Part shown: piece after piece, positions 1 to 10,026 of the stretch | How positions within the stretch are numbered: the stretch's first letter is position 1 | How the letters are laid out: every line of letters begins with the position of its first letter | From: a virus | Lineage: Duplodnaviria > Heunggongvirae > Uroviricota > Caudoviricetes | Direction: 5' to 3' (one strand) | DNA length: 32,858 nt | IMG/VR virus record: IMGVR_UViG_2802429238_000001 | Program-made: the position numbers and the translations under genes | The notes under the pieces: generated by a model | What the model saw: the letters and a program-made list of their open reading frames with translations, nothing else | Database searches by the model: none | Told to the model about the DNA's origin: nothing

Positions 1-126
1 GATATCCAGCAGGCGAAAGATTATGCGCCAAGCCATTTCCTGCTCTACGTGCGGTATTCCGCCGCCGGATGGCAGGGCGACATGGATTTACCGCCGCAGC
101 CGCTGATACCTTACGCCGACTGGTAA
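1..126 (+). CDS. 3' end of a host chromosomal gene (partial; N-terminus outside window)
   Basis: Frame 1 is open from the window edge to TAA at 124-126 (..PLIPYADW*). No family recognised; identity not established. Confidence 0.4.
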   Translation, partial: DIQQAKDYAPSHFLLYVRYSAAGWQGDMDLPPQPLIPYADW

Positions 127-167
127 CGAGGTAGAATCAGAAGGTTAAATCTCGGAAATTAAGTCTA

Positions 168-205
168 GTAAATCAGCGTCGAGCATGTTCTCAACGCTGA
201 TTTAC
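168..205. terminator. Hairpin between convergent genes, probable bidirectional terminator
   Basis: Perfect 12-bp inverted repeat GTAAATCAGCGT (168-179) / ACGCTGATTTAC (194-205) with a 14-nt loop, lying between the + strand host gene stop and the pflA stop on the minus strand. Confidence 0.5.
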
Positions 206-248
206 TCATTACTACTAAAGGAAGGGACCCAGGTCGAAATATGATGTT

Positions 249-1046
249 TTAGAACATCACCTTATGACCATATTGCTCAAGAATCCCTTTTACGCGCTCC
301 ATGGTTTCTTTTTTCGGTGGTTTCACACCGTCGAGTTTGTACTCTTCGCCCATCGCCACCCACTTATGTTTGCCTAACTCATGGTAGGGGAGGAGCTCGA
401 TTTTTTCGACGTTACCCATATCGCGAGTAAATTCACCGAGGCGATGAGCTGAATCGTCATCGTCAGACCAGCCAGGTACTACGACATAACGTATCCAGAC
501 TTTCACATTTTTGTTCGCCAGATATTTAGCAAACTCGAGTGTACGATGGTTGGAAACGCCCACCAGATTCTGGTGGATTTCGTCGTTCATCTGTTTGAGA
601 TCAAGCATTACCAGGTCGGTCACTTCCAGCAGTTCATCAATTACTGGATCGTAACGACGAACAAAACCGTTAGTGTCGAGACAGGTATGAATGCCTTCTT
701 TTTTGCAGGCGCGGAACCAGTCGCGAACGAACTCGGCTTGCAGGATTGCTTCACCACCGGATGCGGTAACGCCGCCGCCGGAAGCGTTCATAAAGTGGCG
801 ATAGGTCACCACTTCCTTCATTAAATCTTCAACGGTAACTTCTTTACCGCCATGCGTGTCCCAGGTGTCGCGGTTATGACAATACAGGCAGCGCATCAGG
901 CAGCCCTGGAAAAAGGTGATAAAGCGAATACCTGGACCGTCTACGGTTCCACAGGATTCAAAGGAGTGAATGCGACCAATAACTGACTTGGTAGCTCCCG
1001 CCGCAGCGGTATTTTCTGTTGTATTACAATTAGTTAAATTACTCAT
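249..1046 (-). CDS. pflA: Pyruvate formate-lyase activating enzyme (radical SAM, CxxxCxxC = CLYCHNRD motif region), with a 19-codon N-terminal extension
   Basis: 265-aa ORF; residues 21-265 read as the PflA sequence as I recall it ([22 protein letters not shown]...HKVMF). The codon at the position I recall as Met1 (987-989) is AAG (Lys), so the only in-frame ATG is at 1044-1046. Start assignment uncertain. Confidence 0.85.
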   Translation of the reverse strand: MSNLTNCNTTENTAAAGATKSVIGRIHSFESCGTVDGPGIRFITFFQGCLMRCLYCHNRDTWDTHGGKEVTVEDLMKEVVTYRHFMNASGGGVTASGGEAILQAEFVRDWFRACKKEGIHTCLDTNGFVRRYDPVIDELLEVTDLVMLDLKQMNDEIHQNLVGVSNHRTLEFAKYLANKNVKVWIRYVVVPGWSDDDDSAHRLGEFTRDMGNVEKIELLPYHELGKHKWVAMGEEYKLDGVKPPKKETMERVKGILEQYGHKVMF

Positions 1047-1077
1047 ATCGCTTCAATTGGCTCTAGTTAACTCTGGT
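1047..1077. other. Probable attL junction region between pflA start and integrase stop
   Basis: 31-bp spacer between the pflA ATG and the int stop codon. Contains the 8-bp palindrome AGTTAACT (1065-1072), and TAGTTAA occurs twice (1031-1037 and 1064-1070). Core cannot be delimited without attR or attP. Confidence 0.3.
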
Positions 1078-2073
1078 TTATGGACGCATTATGGACATTC
1101 CTGACACCGGGTTAAGAGTCACAGCATCTTGTAAGAAATCCGGTGCAAAGTGTGCGTAGGTCATAGTTTGCTGAATGTTAGAATGACCCAGGATGCGCTG
1201 CAATGTGATTATGTTACCTCCATTCATTATAAAATGTGTGGCAAATGTATGCCTCAAAACATGCACTGCCTGTCCGTCAGGTAAATCGGGTTTTACTTCC
1301 CTGAGAGCGTTGCGCACTTTGTAGTAACTGGCATTAAAAAGCCTGCCTGAATTTTTGGTCTTGATCCGTTTAATCAAGTCCGGCGAAACGGGAATTGTCC
1401 TGCGCTTTCCGTTTTTAGTTTTCATAAACGTAACCATCTGGTTAATGATGTGTTCAGCTTTTAAATTAGACACTTCACTCCAGCGTCCACCAGTAGAAAG
1501 GCAGACCAGAGTCGCATTTAATTCATCACCATCAAGCATGGATAACAGCCGCGTAATCTCTTCACTGGACAAAAAAGCCATTTCCGTAACAGCTTCACGT
1601 AACCGCTTAACCTCACGGAACGGGTTGTGAGAGTGGTATTCACCGGCGTCAATTAATTTGGTGAACATCCCGCTCATTATTGCCAGATGCCGATTTACGC
1701 TGGCTGGTTTTAGACCATCGTTCATCATTACAACGCGATAATCAGTTATCGTTTTCTTTGTTAGCTGGTCAGCTCTGGATACTCCCATTTCTGCAAATTT
1801 GGCGATTATTGTCGTCAAACGCCCCCGTTCAATATCTCCACGCTCATGTGATTTTCCGTGATATATCCACCATCTGCCTAACAACTCTGTAAGAGTTCGG
1901 CGGTCGGCTGGCTTCTCCAACCACTCTTTGTTGTGGTAGTTAACCAGTACATGACGTTCGAATGCTTGAGCTTCACCCTTAGTTTTAAATTTCCGCCTGA
2001 TACGTTTTCCATCTGTACCCTGCGGTCTGACGTCCACTTCATAACGACCATCATCGAGCTTTTTAATAGACAT
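1078..2073 (-). CDS. int: Tyrosine integrase, P2 Int family
   Basis: 331 aa, MSIKKLDDGRYEVDV.. N-terminus and C-terminal catalytic region (HVLRHTFATHF..ITLQRILGH..YAHF) typical of P2-type integrases; GGAGGG RBS 4 nt upstream of ATG; position at the prophage left end. Confidence 0.92.
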   Translation of the reverse strand: MSIKKLDDGRYEVDVRPQGTDGKRIRRKFKTKGEAQAFERHVLVNYHNKEWLEKPADRRTLTELLGRWWIYHGKSHERGDIERGRLTTIIAKFAEMGVSRADQLTKKTITDYRVVMMNDGLKPASVNRHLAIMSGMFTKLIDAGEYHSHNPFREVKRLREAVTEMAFLSSEEITRLLSMLDGDELNATLVCLSTGGRWSEVSNLKAEHIINQMVTFMKTKNGKRRTIPVSPDLIKRIKTKNSGRLFNASYYKVRNALREVKPDLPDGQAVHVLRHTFATHFIMNGGNIITLQRILGHSNIQQTMTYAHFAPDFLQDAVTLNPVSGMSIMRP

Positions 2074-2166
2074 AAAGCCCTCCGATGACGCTGTTTACTT
2101 CTACTACTTGAAAATTAATGCAATTTTCTTTCGTACATTTACTGCACACATATGCTGAATAAATCG

Positions 2167-2466
2167 TCAGCCAGTCTTTTGGTCTGAGTGGTGCAAGGTT
2201 GTTGAGTCTTGCCCAATGTGTGCGAGAGCCGGGGCTATTTGTCCAGCTTCGGGATCTATTTCATCAAACATGAACCAGTCACGATACTTGCGAAAGCGTG
2301 GATGCTTAAACAGCTTCATACCTGCTTCCATAGGCATTTTTGATTTCCCTGATTCATATCCATGATATGTGTAGTAATTAATTCCAATTAATTCAGCAAG
2401 TTCCTTAGTTTTAAGGCGTTCGGATTCACGGATGAGCTTTAATTTCTCGCTTTGTTCACTTGACAT
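2167..2466 (-). CDS. C: Immunity repressor, P2 C family
   Basis: 99 aa from the ATG at 2466 (track ORF starts at TTG 2484); C-terminus ..QIAPALAHIGQ..SDQKTG resembles P2 C; lies between int and the divergent cox gene. Confidence 0.85.
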   Translation of the reverse strand: MSSEQSEKLKLIRESERLKTKELAELIGINYYTYHGYESGKSKMPMEAGMKLFKHPRFRKYRDWFMFDEIDPEAGQIAPALAHIGQDSTTLHHSDQKTG

Positions 2467-2559
2467 AATTTTGCTAATCTCCAATTATATGGCCGCTTGG
2501 CAATTTGTGATGCACTCAAAAAGGCTCTAGATGGCTCCAGTTGGTGAATTACAAATCTT
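2467..2559. promoter_or_regulatory. Lysogeny/lysis switch region (Pc/Pe promoters and C operator expected here)
   Basis: 93-bp region between divergent C and cox; direct repeats GGCTCTAG (2523-2530) and GGCTCCAG (2533-2540) spaced 10 bp apart. Placement by analogy to P2; exact promoter elements not resolved. Confidence 0.5.
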
Positions 2560-2931
2560 ATGGAGGATAGCAAAGTGACGACAAATGTAGAAATTTCTTG
2601 TCAAACTAGCGATGAGGCAAGTTTCGAAAACGAAGCCAAACGCAAAAGCATTCAGATTTCAGAGCGCCCATCAGATTTGCTGTCGAAAGAGGGGTTTGCT
2701 CTTTACATCGGTAAGACACCACGCGCGGTGGCTGAAATGGCTAAAGCGGGAAAGCTGCCAGCCTTCTATATGACAGACCCATTAAAACCAAGAGGGAAAG
2801 CTGAATTATGGGTAAATCGTCGTGAGTGGGATAAGTATGCGGCACAACTAGTCGAAGAGGCTCCGACCGAGTGGCATGACTGGAAAAATCGCATTAGTTA
2901 CAGCAAATCAAGACATGGCCGTGCGGCTTAA
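2560..2931 (+). CDS. cox: Cox-like excisionase / early repressor
   Basis: 123-aa ORF; central region (FALYIGKTPRAVAEMAKAGKLPAFYMTDP) resembles P2 Cox helix-turn-helix. Alternative start GTG 2575 is preceded by GGAGG (2562-2566) with an 8-nt spacer and may be the real start. Confidence 0.7.
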   Translation: MEDSKVTTNVEISCQTSDEASFENEAKRKSIQISERPSDLLSKEGFALYIGKTPRAVAEMAKAGKLPAFYMTDPLKPRGKAELWVNRREWDKYAAQLVEEAPTEWHDWKNRISYSKSRHGRAA

Positions 2932-2941
2932 GGTGGAAAGG

Positions 2942-3112
2942 ATGAATGAGCCGCGTTGTATTGCTCAGTTATTGCGTAACGAAAGCCCCAGGGCGATTGA
3001 CTTCACCATCACCCACGGGAAGGGACGTAAGGGAATCATTATCCGTACCAAAAAACAGAGTCCGTTAAAAAAGGCTCTGACCTTTCTGAAAAGCCGGAGG
3101 GTCTGGAAATGA
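2942..3112 (+). CDS. Small early-operon protein (orf78 position), hypothetical
   Basis: 56 codons from ATG 2942, 11 nt after the cox stop, with AAGGTGG RBS; stop overlaps the B start (ATGA). Confidence 0.5.
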   Translation: MNEPRCIAQLLRNESPRAIDFTITHGKGRKGIIIRTKKQSPLKKALTFLKSRRVWK

Positions 3113-3609
3113 CAGTGATGACGCTCAATCTCGTTGAAAAACAGCCAGCAACTATGCGCCGGATAATTGGTAAGCATCTGGCCGTCCCTCGCTGGCAGGA
3201 GACATGCGATTATTATAATCAGATGATGGAACGCGAACGGCTAACGGTTTGCTTTCATGCGCAGTTAAAACAGCGTCACGCAACGATGCGTTTTGAAGAA
3301 ATGAACGACGTCGAACGTGAACGACTGGTATGTGCAATTGATGAATTGCGCGGGGCATTCTCAAAACGCCGTCAGGTTGGCGCAAGTGAGTATGCATATA
3401 TTAGTTTTTTAACAGTCAGTCAGCGTCGCACTTTATTTATGCACGCACGACTGACAGAAAAAGAATTTAACCAGCCATACTGGCGAATTAATGAAGAGTC
3501 ATGTTACTGGCGTGATGCTTTATTCCGTGCATTACGTGAATTATTCAGCCTGTTTGAGTATGCACCGACAATTCTGACGTCGGTAAAACCAGAGCAATAT
3601 CTGCATTAA
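3109..3609 (+). CDS. B: Replication protein B (helicase-loader-like), P2 B family
   Basis: 166 aa, same size as P2 B and same position after cox/orf78; sequence matches my recollection of P2 B. Confidence 0.8.
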   Translation: MTVMTLNLVEKQPATMRRIIGKHLAVPRWQETCDYYNQMMERERLTVCFHAQLKQRHATMRFEEMNDVERERLVCAIDELRGAFSKRRQVGASEYAYISFLTVSQRRTLFMHARLTEKEFNQPYWRINEESCYWRDALFRALRELFSLFEYAPTILTSVKPEQYLH

Positions 3610-3630
3610 GTAATTAACCAGAGTTTTTAA

Positions 3631-3659
3631 CGCACTTAATTGTGCGGGGCTTTTTTTTG
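3631..3659 (+). terminator. Weak hairpin plus T-run after B (possible attenuator)
   Basis: GCAC-ttaatt-GTGC followed by GGGGCTTTTTTTTG; the stem is only 4 bp, so weak. Confidence 0.3.
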
Positions 3660-3672
3660 CCTGGAGAAAGTC

Positions 3673-3885
3673 ATGCATACAGTTTCTGAAAATCAGTGCG
3701 GTAAATACGCATTAATGCTGCAACAGGCCAGAACCGAAGCACAGGCCGACGCAGCAACGCGCTTTTCGTCTCATCTTGATGCCATGATTCGCCACATCAC
3801 AAAGGCGGAGTTATCCCGCGTGGAGATAGTCGAGTTGCTCAGTCAGGAGTCTGCCAAATTCCATAATCTAGGACTCAATAAATAA
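3673..3885 (+). CDS. Hypothetical early-operon protein
   Basis: 70 codons from ATG 3673 with GGAG RBS (track ORF starts at upstream TTG 3640). Confidence 0.55.
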   Translation: MHTVSENQCGKYALMLQQARTEAQADAATRFSSHLDAMIRHITKAELSRVEIVELLSQESAKFHNLGLNK

Positions 3886-3899
3886 CAGGAAAGTTGGAG

Positions 3900-4145
3900 A
3901 TGACAAATACAAAATGGTTCAGGAAACGCTTAACAGATTATCAACTTTCATTACTTAAAAAATTAGATGACAAGACTCCACTACATCCTTCAAGCGATGT
4001 CTTCCGCTCCTGGCCTAGTCGTGTGGAAAAAGCATTTATAGCAATGGGGAAATGGGGGCTTGTGACCAAATCAAGAGAAGGTTTCTGTATTACCGATAAT
4101 GGCCGGGAAATGATTGATTCTGCGGAGAGGGCATATAGCGAATGA
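3900..4145 (+). CDS. Hypothetical protein, AT-rich
   Basis: 81 codons from ATG 3900; markedly AT-rich by eye compared with flanking phage genes. Confidence 0.55.
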   Translation: MTNTKWFRKRLTDYQLSLLKKLDDKTPLHPSSDVFRSWPSRVEKAFIAMGKWGLVTKSREGFCITDNGREMIDSAERAYSE

Positions 4146-4432
4146 AAAGTATATTGCTTAATAACTGGTTGAAGATTTCAGTTATGAAAAATGGTGATTT
4201 GTCGCTAGCTGATATTAAACGCGATAAAAACACTGGGGATATGGTGGAATCAACTATAGCCATTTATGCGGATAAATTAAATCTCCTGTCTGATGTGGTC
4301 AATTTACTTGTTAAACGCGCTGTATTTCATAAGCAAATTTCCTCCGTGGATGAACTGACAAAATTAACGACAGAAGTCACCAGCTATTGCGCTGATGAAT
4401 TTAAGAAACTGAACGACAAAAGGAACTGGTAA
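4142..4432 (+). CDS. Hypothetical protein, AT-rich
   Basis: 96 codons; ATGA overlap with the upstream ORF and TAATG overlap with the downstream ORF (translational coupling). Confidence 0.6.
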   Translation: MKSILLNNWLKISVMKNGDLSLADIKRDKNTGDMVESTIAIYADKLNLLSDVVNLLVKRAVFHKQISSVDELTKLTTEVTSYCADEFKKLNDKRNW

Positions 4433-4656
4433 TGCCGGGCAACGTAGATTTTATTCAGGAACAACAGGCTGAATTACTGGAGCGCCAGATTAACGCGGCA
4501 AGGGTAAAACATTGCGGTGCTTCTGCGCTGGTTTGCGAAGAGTGTGACGCGCCAATACCTGCTGCCCGTCGTGCGGCTTATCCGTCAGCCACGCGTTGTG
4601 TTTCCTGTCAGTCAGTCTTTGAAGCAAAAAACAAACATTACCGGAGAACGGCATGA
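4432..4656 (+). CDS. Small C4 zinc-finger protein (TraR/DksA-like)
   Basis: 74 aa with CGASALVCEEC...CVSC, i.e. a CxxC..CxxC arrangement typical of phage TraR/DksA-family zinc fingers. Confidence 0.65.
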   Translation: MPGNVDFIQEQQAELLERQINAARVKHCGASALVCEECDAPIPAARRAAYPSATRCVSCQSVFEAKNKHYRRTA

Positions 4657-4928
4657 GTATTCGTATTGAAATTGGCGAACGTTATGTCGTTACCAGTGAC
4701 AGCTTTCAGTTTATTCTCCACGAGAAAAAGAGAGCGGAAAGCGGTAAAAACGCCGGTCAGGAATGGCTGGCGGTGGTTGGTTATTACCCGAAATTAAGCC
4801 AGCTCGTTTCCGGCCTGATGCATCACGATATTCTGACCGGAAGCGCAAAGTCTTTTGCTGATTTAAACGCGCAGGTTGAGCAACTCAGCAAGCGTTGTTC
4901 AGAGGCTTTTGGCTCATATGGCCGTTAA
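4653..4928 (+). CDS. Hypothetical early-operon protein
   Basis: 91 codons; ATGA overlap upstream; 3' end overlaps the A start by 11 nt. Confidence 0.55.
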   Translation: MSIRIEIGERYVVTSDSFQFILHEKKRAESGKNAGQEWLAVVGYYPKLSQLVSGLMHHDILTGSAKSFADLNAQVEQLSKRCSEAFGSYGR

Positions 4929-7203
4929 AGCCTCCGGGCGTTTTGTCCCTCCGTCAGCATTTGCCGCAGGCACCGGTGAGACGTTTACCGGTGCTTATGC
5001 ATGGAACGCGCCACGCGAGGCCGTCGGGCGCGAAAGACCCCTTACACGTGACGAGATGCGTCAGGTGCAAGGTGTTTTATCCACGATTAATCGCCTGCCT
5101 TACTTTTTGCGCTCGCTGTTTACTTCACGCTATGACTACATCCGGCGCAATAAAAGCCCGGTGCACGGGTTTTATTTCCTCACATCCACTTTTCAGCGTC
5201 GTTTATGGCCGCGCATTGAGCGCGTGAATCAGCGCCATGAAATGAACACCGACGCGTCGTTGCTGTTTCTGGCAGAGCGCGACCAGTATGCGCGCCTGCC
5301 GGGAATGAATGACAAGGAGCTGAAAAAGTTTGCCGCCCGTATCTCATCGCAGCTTTTCATGATGTATGAGGAACTCAGCGATGCCTGGGTGGATGCGCAT
5401 GGCGAAAAAGAATCGCTGTTTACGGATGAGGCGCAGGATCACCTGTATGGTCATGTTGCTGGCGCTGCACGTGCTTTCAATATTTCCCCTCTCTACTGGA
5501 AAAAATACCGTAAAGGACAGATAACCACGAGGCAGGCATATTCTGCCATTGCCCGTCTGTTTAACGATGAGTGGTGGACTCATCAGCTTAAAGGCCAGCG
5601 TATGCGCTGGCATGAGGCGTTACTGATTGCTGTCGGGGAGGTCAATAAAGACCGTTCTCCTTATGCCAGTAAACATGCCATTCGTGATGTGCGTGCGCGC
5701 CGCCAGGCAAATCTGGAATTTCTTAAATCGTGTGACCTTGAAAACAGGGAAACCGGCGAGCGCATCGACCTTATCAGTAAGGTGATGGGCAGTATTTCTA
5801 ATCCTGAAATTCGCCGGATGGAGCTGATGAACACCATTGCCGGTATTGAGCGTTACGCCGCCGCAGAGGGCGATGTGGGCATGTTTATCACGCTGACCGC
5901 GCCGTCAAAGTATCACCCGACACGTCAGGTCGGAAAAGGCGAAAGTAAAACCGTCCAGCTAAATCACGGCTGGAATGATGAGGCATTTAATCCAAAGGAT
6001 GCGCAGCGTTATCTCTGCCGTATCTGGAGCCTGATGCGCACGGCATTCAAGGATAATGATTTACAGGTCTACGGTTTGCGAGTCGTCGAGCCACACCACG
6101 ACGGAACGCCGCACTGGCATATGATGCTTTTTTGTAATCCACGCCAGCGTAATCAGATTATCGAAATCATGCGTCGCTATGCGCTCAAAGAGGATGGTGA
6201 CGAAAGAGGAGCCGCGCGAAACCGTTTTCAGGCAAAGCACCTTAACCGGGGCGGTGCTGCGGGATATATCGCGAAATACATTTCAAAAAATATCGACGGC
6301 TATGCACTGGATGGTCAGCTCGATAACGATACCGGCAGACCTCTGAAAGATACTGCCGCGGCTGTTACTGCATGGGCGTCAACGTGGCGCATCCCGCAAT
6401 TTAAAACGGTTGGTCTGCCGACAATGGGGGCTTACCGTGAACTACGCAAATTGCCTCGCGGCGTCAGCATTGCTGATGAGTTTGACGAACGCGTCGAGGC
6501 TGCACGCGCTGCCGCAGACAGTGGCGATTTTGCGTTGTATATCAGTGCGCAGGGTGGGGCAAATGTCCCGCGCGATTGTCAGACTGTCAGGGTCGCCCGT
6601 AGCCCGTCGGATGACGTTAACGAGTACGAGGAAGAAGTCGAGAGAGTGGTCGGCATTTACGCGCCGCATCTCGGCGCGCGTCATATTCATATCACCAGAA
6701 CCACGGACTGGCGCATTGTGCCGAAAGTGCCGGTCGTTGAGCCTTTGACTTTAAAAAGCGGCATCGCCGCGCCTCGGAGTCCTGTCAATAACTGTGGAAA
6801 ACTCACCGGTGGTGATACTTCGTTACCGGCTCCCACACCTTCTGAGCACGCCGCAGCAGTGCTTAATCTGGTTGATGACGGTGTTATCGAATGGAGTGAC
6901 CCGGAGGTCGTGAGGGCGCTCAGAGGTGCATTAAAACACGGTCGGAGAACGCCAAGTCGTCAGCAAAGAAACGGAAGCCCGTTAAAACCACATGAAATTG
7001 CACCATCGGCCAGACTGACCCGGTCGGAAAGAATGCAAATTACCCGTATCCGCGTTGACCTTGCTCAGAAGGGTATCAGGCCGCAGCGATGGGAGCTTGA
7101 GGCGCTGGCGCGTGGCGCGACCGTAAATTATGACGGGAAAAAATTCACGTATCCGGTCGCTGATGAGTGGCCGGGATTCTTAACAGTAATGGAGTGGACA
7201 TAA
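4918..7203 (+). CDS. A: Rolling-circle replication initiator (HUH endonuclease), P2 A family
   Basis: 761 aa from ATG 4918 (MAVKASGRF..; the track ORF begins upstream at 4876). Size and sequence match the P2 A protein; contains a HWHMM motif consistent with a HUH active site. Confidence 0.9.
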   Translation: MAVKASGRFVPPSAFAAGTGETFTGAYAWNAPREAVGRERPLTRDEMRQVQGVLSTINRLPYFLRSLFTSRYDYIRRNKSPVHGFYFLTSTFQRRLWPRIERVNQRHEMNTDASLLFLAERDQYARLPGMNDKELKKFAARISSQLFMMYEELSDAWVDAHGEKESLFTDEAQDHLYGHVAGAARAFNISPLYWKKYRKGQITTRQAYSAIARLFNDEWWTHQLKGQRMRWHEALLIAVGEVNKDRSPYASKHAIRDVRARRQANLEFLKSCDLENRETGERIDLISKVMGSISNPEIRRMELMNTIAGIERYAAAEGDVGMFITLTAPSKYHPTRQVGKGESKTVQLNHGWNDEAFNPKDAQRYLCRIWSLMRTAFKDNDLQVYGLRVVEPHHDGTPHWHMMLFCNPRQRNQIIEIMRRYALKEDGDERGAARNRFQAKHLNRGGAAGYIAKYISKNIDGYALDGQLDNDTGRPLKDTAAAVTAWASTWRIPQFKTVGLPTMGAYRELRKLPRGVSIADEFDERVEAARAAADSGDFALYISAQGGANVPRDCQTVRVARSPSDDVNEYEEEVERVVGIYAPHLGARHIHITRTTDWRIVPKVPVVEPLTLKSGIAAPRSPVNNCGKLTGGDTSLPAPTPSEHAAAVLNLVDDGVIEWSDPEVVRALRGALKHGRRTPSRQQRNGSPLKPHEIAPSARLTRSERMQITRIRVDLAQKGIRPQRWELEALARGATVNYDGKKFTYPVADEWPGFLTVMEWT

Positions 7204-7480
7204 TGGCAAAAATTCACGAGGTAAAGCTGCACGCAAAATATTTCGACCTTGTGCTGGAAGGAAAGAAACGCGCAGAGTTTCGGAAAAATGACCGTAATTA
7301 TGAGCGCGGGGACACGTTGATTTTGCATGAATGGGTGCAGGGTGTGTATACGGGGCGAAAGGTTGAAGCCCGGATAACAGATGTTACTGACCTGTCAGAC
7401 TGGCTGGAAGATTATGTCTTGCTAAGTATTGAGCTGCTTAATACAGGCGCATATGAGATTGTGAACTGGAAAGAACTTAG

Positions 7481-8676
<1,196 letters not shown>

Positions 8677-8854
8677 TTAGTGCGCGTGGTCTGGTATTTA
8701 GAATTAATCATGAAATTATGCATCAGCTCGGCCTTGCTATTATGTATGAACCAGATACGGGGCTGTCTGGTGGGGCAATGGTTGCTGTGGATGGGATGTG
8801 GAACTATTCAGATGAACAGATGGAGCGTGCACAGCAAAACGGGTGGCCTGGATA

Positions 8855-9061
8855 ATGCACAAAATACCAAGCGAGATACCGCACCATAAAACTAAAAATA
8901 TCAAGCTGATGGCTATTGTTCAGCGTTTACAGCGGATTATGGTCAACGAAAATCTGACGCCCGATGAGCTAGTCGGGTGTGCCGAAATAGTCCGGGATAA
9001 TTACGGGCGGTTTAACCATATCGGTCAATCAAGAGTTACGCCACCACCACGCAGACGATAG
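8855..9061 (+). CDS. Small hypothetical protein (68 aa), basic C-terminus
   Basis: ATG 8855 overlaps the stop of the interrupted upstream gene (TAATG); the track ORF is extended to GTG 8843. No family recognised. Confidence 0.45.
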   Translation: MHKIPSEIPHHKTKNIKLMAIVQRLQRIMVNENLTPDELVGCAEIVRDNYGRFNHIGQSRVTPPPRRR

Positions 9062-9185
9062 AGAACGCCGCCAGTCGTGAAACTTGTTTTCAGGGCTGGC
9101 GGGGTTGAACAACGAGCGAAGCGAGGCGTTAGTTGACAGTCATATTTTTACTGCGTTGGTGCTGGTTTTTGACGGTTGAAAGGAG

Positions 9186-9249
9186 TTAGCTCGGAGAGCT
9201 AAAGCTAACAACTTACAAATATTCAAAAGTAAGCTTCCTGTTGCTAACA
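9186..9249. promoter_or_regulatory. Hairpin and repeated GCTAAC motifs upstream of the cargo genes
   Basis: TTAGCTC (9186-9192) / GAGCTAA (9196-9202) inverted repeat with a 3-nt loop; GCTAACA at 9204-9210 and 9243-9249; lies in the 229-bp gap before the first cargo gene. Confidence 0.35.
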
Positions 9250-9290
9250 TAAGGTCGATTTTTTATGTGGATGATGCAAAAAGGATAGCT

Positions 9291-10022
9291 ATGGATATTG
9301 TAATCGCTTTTCTATCACTCGCTTTTTTCGTTGCTTTTTTCATCGGGTTAATCAAGCCATCACTGGTGCGGATGCCAAACCGTAAACGTGCAAGTGCGGT
9401 TTATCTCGGAGGTGGTTTTGCATTGAGCATAATTGGTTCAATACTCTACCCAACAGAAAAAAGCCAGCCAGTTGCTAAAACTGAAACAGCAACCGTAGCA
9501 GAACACCAGGCTCAAAAAACATTCGAATATACTGAAAAAACACTCAAGGAATATCGGAACGAGCCAAAGAAGACTCGACACGATATTGTGAATAGTTACA
9601 TTAACTTTAAGAAAGTGCCAGTCACCGCATCAGATGCATTTTATGCCTGCATGAGTGAGTATACATTTACCAAAGATGATGAGTTGAAACTCGGTGATGT
9701 TCTTGGATGGTGCTTTAATGATTATGAAAAAGATCCGAAATCACTAAACAATAAAATCAACCTTGATACATTTCAGAGTAATTTTAGTGGTTGGGATGGT
9801 TCTTATCGACCATTGGAAAAGTTAATTAAAGAGAATATGAACGATGATTCATCTTATAAACATGTGTCAACAGTGTATCATTTAATCCTGAATAAAGACC
9901 CTCATGCTATAGTGAAAACCACATTTCGCGGTACTAATGCCTATGGTGGTGTCGTGAAGCAAACAATTGCAGCGCGTGTTAATGTGAAAACGGGTGAAAT
10001 AGTTTCGATACTAAATAATTGA
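9291..10022 (+). CDS. Predicted membrane protein (two N-terminal TM helices plus ~190-aa soluble domain), cargo gene 1
   Basis: 243 aa from ATG 9291 with AGGA RBS 5 nt upstream (track ORF starts at GTG 9267). Hydrophobic segments IVIAFLSLAFFVAFFIGLI and AVYLGGGFALSIIGSILY; AT-rich; no family recognised. Confidence 0.7.
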   Translation: MDIVIAFLSLAFFVAFFIGLIKPSLVRMPNRKRASAVYLGGGFALSIIGSILYPTEKSQPVAKTETATVAEHQAQKTFEYTEKTLKEYRNEPKKTRHDIVNSYINFKKVPVTASDAFYACMSEYTFTKDDELKLGDVLGWCFNDYEKDPKSLNNKINLDTFQSNFSGWDGSYRPLEKLIKENMNDDSSYKHVSTVYHLILNKDPHAIVKTTFRGTNAYGGVVKQTIAARVNVKTGEIVSILNN

Positions 10023-10026
10023 AGGT

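Noticed and set aside
546-824. 92-aa ORF on the + strand
   Set aside because: Antisense inside pflA.
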